Of a DNA stretch of 64,000 bases, positions 23,657 through 34,736 are shown piece by piece. Both the position numbers and the translations under genes were made by a program. The DNA is from Lophium mytilinum (lineage: Eukaryota): NCBI GenBank assembly GCA_010093605.1, contig MU004182.1:2651195-2715194 (forward strand). The letters run 5' to 3'. The notes beneath the pieces were generated by a model. That model saw nothing but the letters and a program-made list of their open reading frames with translations. It made no database searches and had not been told where the DNA came from. Numbering within the stretch: position 1 is the stretch's first letter; every line of letters begins with the position of its first letter.

Positions 23657-24960
23657 TCACAACTCAGTCTTACTCGTCGTTCTCCTCTTCCCTTTCTCAT
23701 ACTCCTCACCCTCCCCATCCCCCTCCCTTTCCACCTTCCCAGCATCAAAAAACCCTTCCAACTCCATCCACTCCGCCGCAAATGCTGTCACTAACGTCGC
23801 CCAATCCTCCACAGTGTCGAGATCGAGATGCTCCCCATCATCTTCCATCTCGTGCCACACTGTTGGGAATGGCGAGGTTATGATATGCAGCACCTCAACG
23901 CCGCGCGCCATGAACGGGAGATGGTCATCCTGAATGCCCGTCCAGGGGCTAAATTGGTTGTCTTGTTTTTCGTAGTCTGGCAAAAACGCCGGTTCTTGCC
24001 GTTTCTTGATCGCCTTTTTATTACCATTCGCTTTCGCTTTCGCGGCGCGTTCAGCGAGCTTTGAGGGGTGATTTGGCGAGGACTTGAAGCGGCCGAGGGT
24101 CCGAAGCCGCGTCTCGAGCGCAGACATGTATTTATAGGCCCAATGTGTCGTTTTGAAGTATGAGGGGACGGTAGGGCGGGCGGCGCCGAGGAGGTCGAGG
24201 AGGAGGAAGAGGGAGATGCTGGAGAGGGGCGTGCGGTAGGTGGACATGGCGGGGTTGACGGCGTGTTCCCAGCTTTCGGCGAGGGCGCTGTGTGGAGGTT
24301 AGAGAAATGTCCACGATTCAAATATGCAATTGGGTTCTGTGCTTACCGTGCTCCGTACAAGCTGTCAGTGTCCGTCCAGCTGAGGAAAGCCTCTTCGCCA
24401 TCCAAGAGCAGTATCTGCACGCCTTGCTGCTCCTCGAGCTCTCCGAGTCCGTCAGTGGCCATGGATTTCCATTTCTTCGTGAGCGCGGCGTCGATGCTGC
24501 GTGCTGCGTGCATCAGTATCGCGCATGGCGCTGCGCTGTCGGTTGCCCCGATGAAGTCTTTCGGCGTGTATTTGCTGTCGTAATGCGCGACCAGTGTCAG
24601 ATGGCCGACTTCTCCGGGCTGTGTCCCAGGCGGGTCGCGCGTCGCAATGAGATTGACGAAGGGTATTTCCTTGCCCCCTGATACTGGGGTTGTGGAGGAT
24701 GAGTTCTGGAACTCCAGCGTCCATTCTGGGAGGGTATGGTGGAAGAAATCGACGAAGTGCTGCAAGACGGCGAGGGATCCGGGGGTTCCAGAGACACGCG
24801 GGATCAGAATTGGGGAGAGAAGAGCACCGGTATGGATGTCGAAGTCAGATCCCGGGCCGGGGAGAGACTTCAAGGTATTATCGGAGATAGTTGAGTATCC
24901 AGAGGTGAAGGGAAGTAAAGCGGAGGTGAATAGCAGGAGGAGGGATGGGAGAGACGGCAT
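23657..24960 (-). CDS. Glutaminyl-peptide cyclotransferase (glutaminyl cyclase, M28 fold), secretory pathway
   Basis: Signal peptide; AHYDSK, GATDSAAPC, DGEEAF, DSLYGAR, LLDLLG, IQDDHLPF and WHEMEDD motifs; intron 24288-24346; C-terminal KTEL resembles an ER retrieval signal. Confidence 0.93.
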
Positions 24961-25298
24961 TGCGGCGGACGTAGGTGCTACCAGACCTGCAAGATCTGTA
25001 GCATTTCTTTAGGTTAAAAAGGAGGGCATTTCACAGGCTGCACTGCACATCGTGGTGGTCCATGGGTGCAATGAGTTCATGTGGAGAGGTGTCTTCACCA
25101 TGGTACCGTCTTACGCGGTGAGCCTCGATACAGACGCCACGGAATGCGGGCCGATCACAGGTGCATCAGCCGCCGTTTTGGCCCCCCTGATTCGCCCTGC
25201 AGCAGGGAAAATCGGGCTTAGCTTTGGTTCCCCCAGACCTTTCTTTTCACTACATCCTATGCTATCAAAGCTGAATATTCCTCTATATCCATCAGAGA

Positions 25299-26303
25299 AT
25301 GGTTCTTCGACTAAGTCCTATTGCCGCTGGCATCAGGGCATGTTCGAGGATCCATACTGCTCCTTTACAGCCATGCACGCTCTGGTATAGCCCTGTTACG
25401 GTTCTGAGGGCCTCTCGACCGCATTCTTTCACGGCAACAACTCGTCGACAGCAGGAATCGCTACAACAGAAATCAGGATCCATCAGACCAGGTTGGTAGC
25501 CCACAACCTCTCTCTTCTTGACTTACCAATACCCGGTAGTTTATCCTGCGCTGCTCCAAATTTATGACGCTGGCATCCAGAAGACAGCCTTCATCCAGAC
25601 CTTCAAGGTACATCCGTCCGAAGACACCCTTTACTTTGACTGACACAGCTGCCTTCTCTTCAAGCCCGCGGCCGTCGGTCTGTTCCTCTTCTACTGCTCA
25701 TTCCTGGCTCCGCATTACTACTATGCCCCTGATGAGTCTCACGCTGCCCTCAAAGCTCTCGGTGGTTAGTTTGCTCCCATGCTATGCTTTGCCAACTCTT
25801 GATACTGCTCCATGATAATCTCTTTCTCTCCCTCTCTTTCTAACGTTGATCTAGTCATCGGCTTCGGTGCTCTTCCTATGATCGTCCTAGGATATGGGAC
25901 CGCTCCCTTCGTCAACTCCATCCTCCTACGCCTACCACAGACCGCCCGCAGGTCCCGCGATGCCATGATCCGCTATGTCCAGAACCTGCCGAAAGATGCT
26001 GAGCTAGAAATTGTGACCGCCCGCCTCCTTGGCTTCAAGAAGACCAATAGTGTCCGTCTCTCCGAAATGCACGTCTTGCCACCCCGCCGCTTTGGTTTCG
26101 CGAATCTCGAACACGTCGTGCCAGCGTGGCAGAGAAAGATAGAAGCGGAAAGACCGCTCTGGAAGAAAGTGGGGTCGCTACTTGGAGAGACGAGGAACAA
26201 GTTCTACGTTAAGGGCGACAAGGCATCGAGCAAGAGGAGTCGCGCCCCGGGCGTCTGGGAGCTGGTGTTCAAGCAGATCCAGCAGAATGGCCGCGGCAAG
26301 TGA
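25299..26303 (+). CDS. Conserved fungal hypothetical protein, probably mitochondrial membrane (two TM segments)
   Basis: Arg/Ser-rich presequence-like N-terminus. Three introns (donors GTTGGT ~25491, GTACAT ~25608, GTTAGT ~25765) give VYPALLQIYDAG...FK|PAAVGLFLFYCSFLAPHYY...|IGFGALPMIVLGYGTAPFVNSILLRLP. Confidence 0.75.
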
Positions 26304-26944
26304 AAGGCTTCCATTGATGCGCGACGCCTTCAAGGTTGCGCGTCGGTGAGAAAGAGACTCGAATGCGCATGTCGCAATGCCTGGTTGCTCAGTTGTCGTG
26401 TCGCGCAGCGGCATCGAGCGCGATGGCACTGCATATTCCTAGCGCGTCAACAAGAAATTCATCGAGGGCATGGAAGAAGTCCGATAAACAAACGTGTCGG
26501 AGCTAGGCCGTCTGCAACCAGAGGGATGAATTGATGGTGAAGGCAAAAGAGTGGTGAGGTGAAAATGCGACGGGGTTCACAACACCAAGTTGGGGCGTGC
26601 GCACGCAATTGGGTTGTGGTAAATCAAAACACCAGGGTTGTCGGGCTGGTGGTGGGCTATACACCGAGCGAGCGGCCTCAGGTCGGGGGAAAAACACCAT
26701 GGAGCGGGTTGGGATAGGCGGCGGAAGCAAACCGGCAGGTGCGGGAGCGCCCGCCGGCCCTCACCAAAGAAACCTACGTGAGGGGGACAATTTCCATAGG
26801 TATAAGTACCTAGAATTTTCCCGGGCTCCCATCAGTTCAAGTAAGTGCGGCGTATGGCTCTACGTGAGCCTGTGTGCTATGGCTGGGTGGTAGATGGGCC
26901 TGCATTAAACAGCACTTACCTCTGAACATAGTCTAATCTCCGGC

Positions 26945-27021
26945 GTCCTTGTGGCTGCAGATAACGGTAACTTGACTATCTTTTTTTTGAGGTTCGAGTC
27001 GCAGTGAGGTCACTTTTTTTT
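26945..27021 (+). pseudogene. Possible degenerate tRNA relic or isolated Pol III B-box followed by a T8 run
   Basis: GGTTCGAGTCG (26991-27001) matches 10/11 of the B-box consensus. GTCCTTG/TGAGGTC forms an acceptor-like stem (6/7 including G-U) followed by A and C(T)8. T-stem, D-arm and anticodon arm do not pair. Confidence 0.3.
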
Positions 27022-27723
27022 GAATCACTTCAGACGGTTAGGAATGAGTGAATAGACGTCATATATGGCTTCAGGAAGTCTTAAAACCGGATTGTAAGTG
27101 TTCACTCTTTTTTGCGAGTGAAATTTGAGGTGGTGGTTGTGGTTAATAAAGGCTGGCGGGCGAAATCACCTCTGCGAAAAGGCTATTCGCGCACGCGATT
27201 CTAGCTAAAATCTTCCTGCTCCTCATTCATCGCATGGCTTTCTTCTCTTATTCCCTTCATCGTATTGCAATTTTTTTAGCGGCCTTCTGAAGTCACTTAG
27301 CATCGCCGCATCTAAAAATGCGCATCCGCTTTTGACCTTGAGCGCCTCCAAATCTCCCCCGCCCTTGCGAACATGATGCCGACATGGGTGCGCTTAACTA
27401 CTAACTCAATAAAACACCAAAAAACTGGGTACATGATTGTGGTGTGGTAGACAACCCAATGACTCCACGCCGCTATCGCACGTGTTTCAGGGCCTCCAAT
27501 CACTAGAAGCTTTTGTCGCCCTTAATCAGTCTCACCGGCAATCCCGGGCTCTCATCGTGGAAGCACAAATAAACACGTGCAATACGGATATCAGCCTACT
27601 CTGGCAGTTAAAACATCAACATACGTAGAAAGCTCAAGCCTTTGCGACTCCTCCTGCACAAACACCCCTGGGAAGCCGATAAATCTGTACTGTGTTTCAA
27701 CACATCGAGACCCCCCGTACAGC

Positions 27724-28320
27724 ATGTACAAACCCTCCACAGGAGACCACCTTTTCAGCTTTAGCCGCTTCATCAACAACGCAGTCCCAAACCTCGCGCT
27801 CGGCCCTCGCGCAGATGACCTCACCGTTCGCGAACGGGACCAGCTCTTCGAGTACCAGATCTCGATCCTCGAGCCTTCAAAACTGCGCCCGCTCGCATTT
27901 TTCATGGGTGGGATCACCGCAAACGAAGGACTGTCCGCCCAAATCCATGCCGCCCTAATCAAGCACGAGGTTCTCTCAGCGAGCTCAGCAGCTATCAACA
28001 CGGAGGCCATCACGCCCAAATTTGCACATCAGCTCTCAATCATCTCGAGCTTCGCGCAGAAGAAGCTGGTGAATCTGCTGCTCTTTTGGGAAGAGGAACA
28101 GCAGCGGTGGCGGGTGCTTCTTGAGGAAGAAGCGGAGATTAAGGGCATGAGCGTGATTGAGGCAGAGCGTGAGGATGAAGGTGCTCTGGGGCCTTTGGGA
28201 AAGAGATTGGAGGAAATTGAGGGGATGATAAGGCTCAAGCCCAGTATGAGGAGCATAGAGGTCAGGCGGGTAGATCAGCTACCTAATGACAAGCAGGTAT
28301 ACGGTTCCCGGAGGCTTTGA
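27724..28320 (+). CDS. Hypothetical protein with C-terminal coiled coil
   Basis: 198-codon ORF from ATG 27724 with coding-like composition (LLLFWEEEQQRWRVLLEEEAEI...LEEIEGMIRLKPSMR); family not recognised. Confidence 0.7.
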   Translation: MYKPSTGDHLFSFSRFINNAVPNLALGPRADDLTVRERDQLFEYQISILEPSKLRPLAFFMGGITANEGLSAQIHAALIKHEVLSASSAAINTEAITPKFAHQLSIISSFAQKKLVNLLLFWEEEQQRWRVLLEEEAEIKGMSVIEAEREDEGALGPLGKRLEEIEGMIRLKPSMRSIEVRRVDQLPNDKQVYGSRRL

Positions 28321-28794
28321 TAAATAGCGGGACTGGACGTGTTTCCGTGTCAATTGAACCTTGAGGTAATGGCGCTGTGAGGAGGGCTTTCTTTATCTCG
28401 ACATAATACTAGATAAGATGATTAGATGGTCTATGTAGCAGTGCGTCCTAATAGAGATAGTACTTGATTCTTCGACTCCAATAGTCTACTTGACCGGCTT
28501 TGGTAACGAGACGCCGACAAACCTCAGACAGCGGCGAGCAGGTGTACACAGAATTATGCTACAAAAAGCACGTCCTCAAGAAAGCAAGTCTCAAACACGT
28601 TCATTTGTGCTAGAGCAGTCAGTAAGAACACGTACCCCTCCTAAGTGCCCCTCCTCGCGAAACCCCGTGACCCGTGAATCTTTCGTGTAACCGTGCCCGA
28701 AATCCTCAACCACGTACAATTCAATGCACCATGCGCAAACGACCACCACAACGCTATCGCCTAGAGCCCGTACTAGGTGACTTTAAGGATCGCC

Positions 28795-30972
28795 ATGTCT
28801 CTATTCGGCGGTGAGACCTCCGCAACCTCCGCGACCTCCGGTTCCTTCAGTCGAGACGCTTCCCCATTCACGCATAGCGGCAGCGAGCCTCCTCAAGCAG
28901 AGCAAATCGGCCAACCATCATCAATCCCCTCAATACCCTCACAAAAACCCAAGACCGATTTTGATGCCGATCCCTATGTCGACCACGATGAGGCTTTAGA
29001 GCTTCCCGATGCCCCAGACGACTCGGGATCCTCCGACTACGAACCCGACCGCCCCAACCGCTTCGTCGGCCCAGCGCAGACATGGCGGCGATACACAGCC
29101 GCCGAGAGGCAGCTCGCGGCTTCAATGGAGCAGGTCCTCGCTGGTGACTTGGCTGCTCACCTCTACAATGCGCATGCGCCGAAACGAGAGTTGCGCCCGA
29201 AGAACTTGCCTGGGTTGGAAAACTGGCACAGCAAGTCTCGGTGGTATAAAGAGAGCAATGAGCTTCGGAAGGAGGGACCACGTGTAGAAAGAGATCCGGA
29301 GTTCCTCCCTTGGAAGAGTTGGACGGCGTGGCCGCTCCCGGGGGCGCCTCGACTGCGGGAACGGTTTGGGGTAGAGGCTGGGGATGAGGAGGAGGATGGG
29401 TTGATGGGTGGAGCGCGCAACGCGAGTGCTGGAGATGATCTCCGAGATGTGCTTTTCGGCACCTTTCAGAGGTTCGCGAAGGAGCAGTGGGAAGCGAGGC
29501 CCCCTGCGGACTCGGAGAATGAGGATACAGATACGAGTGGGGAGAGTGAGACTGATACAGAAGCGGAGAAGGGTTGGAAGCAAGAGTCGCGGTCGCGGTC
29601 TAGAAGTACTGCTAGTCACAGTAGAAAACGTTCCGTCAAAGCCCGGAGTCCAAGGCGGCCTATGACAAGATCTCACAGTAGAGCCACAACTAGAGCTCCA
29701 AGCAGAGCTGCAAGCGAAGCTACAAATGGATCTGGAAGCAAACAAACGTCACCTATAGACTTGGCTACAGATTTCGATAATGATGTAGTTCGCTCAACTG
29801 AGGTCAAAATTCAGAGCGACGTAGAGGCCTCAGAAGCTTCGGAGGGTACTAAGAAACGAGAAGTCCGACGACGGACGCGCAAAGATATATATGTTGGGGG
29901 CGGTTCACCTTCACGTCCAGTGGTTCTCGCAGATGATGAAAAGGCTCGCAGGATTCTGAAGCCTACCGTCAACTCTCTCCTCTCAAGGGTTGACAGTCTT
30001 TCGGAGGCTCTTCGTCGATCGAACCAAAATCATTGGCAAGTAAGAGGATTGCCAGACACGGACACAGAGTCTGATGGCGATACTATCTCACGAGGCACAT
30101 CGCCGCTGAGGTCAAGGTCAAGATCAAGAAGGCCCTCAGCAAGTCAAAATCACCGAGCCTCGTCACGCCCACAACATGGTTCTCAATCAAATACAGATAG
30201 CAAATCAGCTCGTAATCGGTCGAAACGGAAGCTCAGTCAGCCTCGACGGAACCTATCAAACCCAGCGTTAGGCTCTGAAAGCGGCAATCTTTCTGGAGAC
30301 TCTGGCGATGTCGAAGACGAAGACGACCAAGAAGAACGCCAGTCTAGGAGCAGAAAACGACGCAAGAACCGCCAACATACCTTGAAACTACGTGATTGGA
30401 GCGAGGTCCTCGGCCTTGCATCGATGACAGGTTGGGATCCAGCTGTCATAGATAGAGCAGCGAAGCGCTGTTCCGCCCTCTTCGGCGAAAGCATGGAATT
30501 CCAGACTATGAAGGAAGAGGATTCGTTGAAGCCTTCTGGGGATCCGATCACGTACACACCAAACCTCATACTAGCTCCACAATCGCTCGATCCTGACGAT
30601 GACTCTTCTAGCTCAACAGAGCCTCGCCCGTATTGGCCGCTGGGGACGACTTCTTGCCCGCATACGGATTGCTGGGGAAACAAGCATATATTCAAGACGC
30701 CCTATCGCGTTATAGAACACTGTATTCGAGGCCACAAGTACGATCCTAGAGTTGAGAAGCGAGAGGCAAGCCCGATGCTTGGTGCTGTACATGTGGACGG
30801 ATTCCTACAGCCAATCCACAAGCAACAAGGCTGGAGAGGTGGTGATACGCAGGATTCGGAGAAGAGGCAGGAGCATGCGAAAAAAAGGACCGCTGACAAA
30901 ACTTGGGATATCAATGAGCCTGAATATCGTGCTTCGCTAAGGTTGGCGAAGAAAAGAGAATATGGGTTCTGA
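28795..30972 (+). CDS. RRN9: RNA polymerase I upstream activation factor subunit, Rrn9-domain protein
   Basis: RPNRF...AERQLAAS...DLAAHLYNAHA...WTAWPL (Rrn9 domain); LRDWSEVLGLASMTGW...RCSALFGESM; GAVHVDGFLQPI. Confidence 0.85.
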   Translation: MSLFGGETSATSATSGSFSRDASPFTHSGSEPPQAEQIGQPSSIPSIPSQKPKTDFDADPYVDHDEALELPDAPDDSGSSDYEPDRPNRFVGPAQTWRRYTAAERQLAASMEQVLAGDLAAHLYNAHAPKRELRPKNLPGLENWHSKSRWYKESNELRKEGPRVERDPEFLPWKSWTAWPLPGAPRLRERFGVEAGDEEEDGLMGGARNASAGDDLRDVLFGTFQRFAKEQWEARPPADSENEDTDTSGESETDTEAEKGWKQESRSRSRSTASHSRKRSVKARSPRRPMTRSHSRATTRAPSRAASEATNGSGSKQTSPIDLATDFDNDVVRSTEVKIQSDVEASEASEGTKKREVRRRTRKDIYVGGGSPSRPVVLADDEKARRILKPTVNSLLSRVDSLSEALRRSNQNHWQVRGLPDTDTESDGDTISRGTSPLRSRSRSRRPSASQNHRASSRPQHGSQSNTDSKSARNRSKRKLSQPRRNLSNPALGSESGNLSGDSGDVEDEDDQEERQSRSRKRRKNRQHTLKLRDWSEVLGLASMTGWDPAVIDRAAKRCSALFGESMEFQTMKEEDSLKPSGDPITYTPNLILAPQSLDPDDDSSSSTEPRPYWPLGTTSCPHTDCWGNKHIFKTPYRVIEHCIRGHKYDPRVEKREASPMLGAVHVDGFLQPIHKQQGWRGGDTQDSEKRQEHAKKRTADKTWDINEPEYRASLRLAKKREYGF

Positions 30973-31604
30973 CATTGCTTTTTTTGCAGTGCGGACCGGA
31001 ATACACATGATGAATATTATCGGCGTATACGGAAAGCTGACTATACGGCGGCGAAGGGAGTGTTTTCTTTGCATTAGCGTAGTGTCAATGAGGACTCTTA
31101 GGGGTAATTCGCATCAGACTTAGCCACTTTCTCTTTTCTCTCGCTACAATATACCCACCTAGTCCAGCAACTCCGTAGAGAAATCATTCTGTTCATGTTG
31201 CTTCCGTTCCTATATCAACGATTTGGTTGCTTCGCGTCAGAGTACTCTGGAGCATACATAAGTTTCATACTTGAAGTGCCTCAGCCGGTAGAGAACCTCG
31301 TCTCGAAATATTGAATATGCAGTCCATCTGCTAAGAAGCTCTCTCTCAATTCAGTCAACCAACCGAACTTCCAGAATGATCAAGCCCTTCCTCCGTTTTT
31401 CCGTTCGGATATATCGCTGATTTTCACGCACATATCTGTCGAAAGACTCACGGTCAAGTTGTTAGGAGATGAATAGGTCTAAAGGTCCGATGTTACTTGA
31501 ATTGTCAATGTCAAATGCACAACACACAGGTCCTTGTTGCGTGACAATATACCACCAGATTCTAAGAGTTATCAGAGTCACCCGACCGCCATTCTACCAA
31601 CTAA

Positions 31605-33594
31605 TCATCTCAACACGAGCTGCTTCCTCCCCGGGCTGGTGTCCTCAAGCTTCACCGTCAACTGCTTAGCCCGCTGCTCCATCTCCTCCACCGTGCCTAG
31701 ATTCTCATCTTTCGCCGATCCAACCAGCCCATGCCACAGCATCGCCAACTGTGACGATTTCCAGACTGGGGCACCCTTTTCGTTTGCCGTCTGCGCGATC
31801 ACGATAACGAGGAAGACAAGCGTAGCTACGAAAAGCCCAGCGGGAAGTGCGAGCCAAGGCCAGCGCACGTGGATGCAGGTCGTCTTGGTAAAAACTTCGC
31901 CTGTTGCGGGCTGGTTCCAGTCGCTGGGTATACCATGGACCGCGTTCTCAGGCTGCTTGCGAGTTTCACCGGATGGTAGATAGGGGTTTGGATCCCGAGG
32001 AATGGCTTGACCGCTGTTCCGGAGGTAGTTTGAGACTACAGTAGTGAAATTATTAAAGGCGGCATTGATGGAGTCGATAGTTATGCTTCCGTTGTTGTAG
32101 AGTTCTAGGAGGACGCCGGGGGAGCCGGGCCAGAGATTGATCCGGCTTTGAGGGCCTTCGCCCCGCAAAATGCCGAGGATAGGATCAGAGAAGAACTCAG
32201 AAGTTGACGGGGATAGATAGCCACTGAGAAGCTGAGCTTGGTAGGAACATTCTATCGGAATAGTAAGGTTGGTCGAGGAGGAAATCTGGTCTTGTGACTC
32301 GGTACCGTCCAGATAGGAACCATTCCAGGCCATCCACTCGGTCTCCTTGGATATATACCCATCAGACAATAGACGAGACTGAACTTTCGGAGTTAGACAG
32401 TCCACTTTTACAGTCCCCCAAACTGGTGCGTTATCCGCATAATACGACCAATTACTAGATGTGGACTGCAGCGTCTCGGAGAGGATGCTAGAATTTACTG
32501 TTGCAGTATATGTGCGAATACACCAGTACAGCGAGCAGCGACATCCAAGGACTGGCGACGCAGAAACGAGATCGATTGTCGAACTCAAATAAGGGGGTGT
32601 GCCGTTTCTTCCCGCGGGCACCAATTTCCCTTCAAAGATAGAATCGTGGGTCTTCCCGGAGACTAGAACGTACCATTCGAAATCTGTCTTCTGCGATGGG
32701 ACATAGCGTGCAGTAGTGTTTCGTCCATAGCCCGAAGAATCCGGTGGGGTCGTCGAGGTATAATTGCAGCCTCCTCCGATTTCTGGATCCCAACACGCTG
32801 TGTGAAGCTGGTCAGTGACATCAGTGCATTTGCTGCAGAGCCCCATCGAGTGGTATGGTTCCAAGAAAGAACAGAAATCCGATGAGCAGGTGTAGTTTGG
32901 CATTAAGGTAGTCGAATCTCCAAAGCTTGCGTCGATTGCACCTCGTAGAGATCCTGGCAGCGAATATCCGGTCAACCCCATCTTAAAGTATGAGTTAAGG
33001 CGGCCAACAGTAGAGGTGCCTTTCACGCTGACGCTACATTCATAGTAGCTGACTACAGCTTGCGCAAAGGGGTCAATACCAAAGGCAAGCAGAACGAGTG
33101 ATGCTCCAAGGAAAGCCCGCTTTTGTCTCCAACGGGCCAGCCAAAGCAACTTGGTGGCGCCTAAAGGGCCTCGGCTAGCCTCGTCATAGGTGGTTATGTC
33201 ACCTAGGCACCGTCTTTCGGAGAATACCCAAATCCATTTTAGTTGGCCGATGCCCTCACCGGCTACTAATAAAAGTGCACCTTTGGAGGTATTTATTAAT
33301 CCCCGACCTCATAAGCTTGGGGTAATACGTACCTTTGAAGACAGCGGCAAATACGGACAGGGCAGTATTGATGGTCAATCCGAGTGGCCATTTTGGCAAA
33401 GGCTGGTTCTGGTACTGATGGAGCACAGACACGAGGCCGCTGAAGGCGACAACATGTAGCAGTCCGGATAGTATTTCGAACCACCAGTTGCGAAACAAAC
33501 GAGATACCCAAGCGTGACGCCAAGGTGGCGTAAGTATCCATGCAATTGGAACCTTTTTCAGAAGATCGACAAGCGTCTGCAATATACGTAGCAT
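31605..33594 (-). CDS. DUF3176-family membrane protein
   Basis: WWFEI...YQNQPLPKWPLGLTINT; intron 33281-33332; GIGQLKWIW...YDEASRGPLGA...DPFAQ; C-terminal CIHVRWPWLALP...PVWKSSQLA. Start codon uncertain. Confidence 0.85.
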
Positions 33595-34736
33595 TTTTGC
33601 GGCTCCGTTACTTTCGTGTTGTGTGAAGTCATATAACGAGAGTGCAATGTTTCGTATCGGCGCCTACACTCGGAGCTGAAGATTTCGGTGAAAAGACCCG
33701 TACTTAAGAAGTATTTCATAGTTGCGAGGCTGCATTTGCCTTTGACTAGAATAGATAACATGGAAAGTGACCGCGGGCGAGGCTGTTGGCTGACGGCAAG
33801 GCAGAGGTGGAAAACGCAGGGGCTTGCAGTGAGAAGGGGGAGTATAGACGTGCAAAAGCAACATAATTGGGAGAACTGACAAGGCAGAAGAGCTGGGCGA
33901 AGCTGAGGCAACATCTTTGATGACGACTGCGGGGTCTGTGCATACGAACTTCTTGACCGGACTTTTGCCTTGCCCCTACAATGGGCAGGATTCTCAAGAT
34001 TATCAGGAATTTTAAGACTTTCGAGGCTTTCAAGACGAGATGCAGGAACCTGGCGGCTTGAGTGATGCGGCAGATGAAGAGGATATCTTGTACCTAAAGG
34101 GTGATCGGGTTCCCAGTTTCGTTGCAAGTACTTAGATTGATGGCTTTTTCGGATACAGGTGTGCCTTCTTATAATGCAAGGCAGAAAGTAGGACTGAAAC
34201 GAAACGCTGGGAGCGGTGGGGCCCGATTCCCCTTCCTTCAGGTTTGTAGAACAAGCCAGGCGGAATGACAAACGAAGACAAAGCCTCGAATTCTGCCTGG
34301 CCTTTTATCTTCGGCGTAACGGTAGAATACATAAGGTGTTCATTTCCAGTACATTGCCGCTGATAGACGGAAAGATAGTTGATGACATGGCAGAGCCTGC
34401 AGGTCAAATTCGACACTCTTAAAGGTAGACTGGGAGGTTCTTGGATTTGCTGATGTTGTAGCCTTCGCACGTGACCTTTCACATTTCACCCGCTGGCAAA
34501 AAGCTTCTCGGACAATTTGGACATATGGTCATGTCGGAATAAGCTCATTGTGTTGATTGTTCAAAGTGCGACTGTTGTGCCGTTCCAGATAAGCGTTTTA
34601 TCATACATACGTATATCACGTGACTGTCATATTCTCTCAGCTTTTCAGCCTCGCCAACCCTGACAACAACATCATCCTCCTTGGTTGCTTCATAACTCGC
34701 TGTATCTCGAGTCTTCGATCAAAACATCATCTAAGA

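Noticed and set aside
33558..34482. 237-aa and 116-aa minus-strand ORFs between DUF3176 and HET
   Set aside because: Non-ATG starts, no recognisable motifs, non-coding-like composition.
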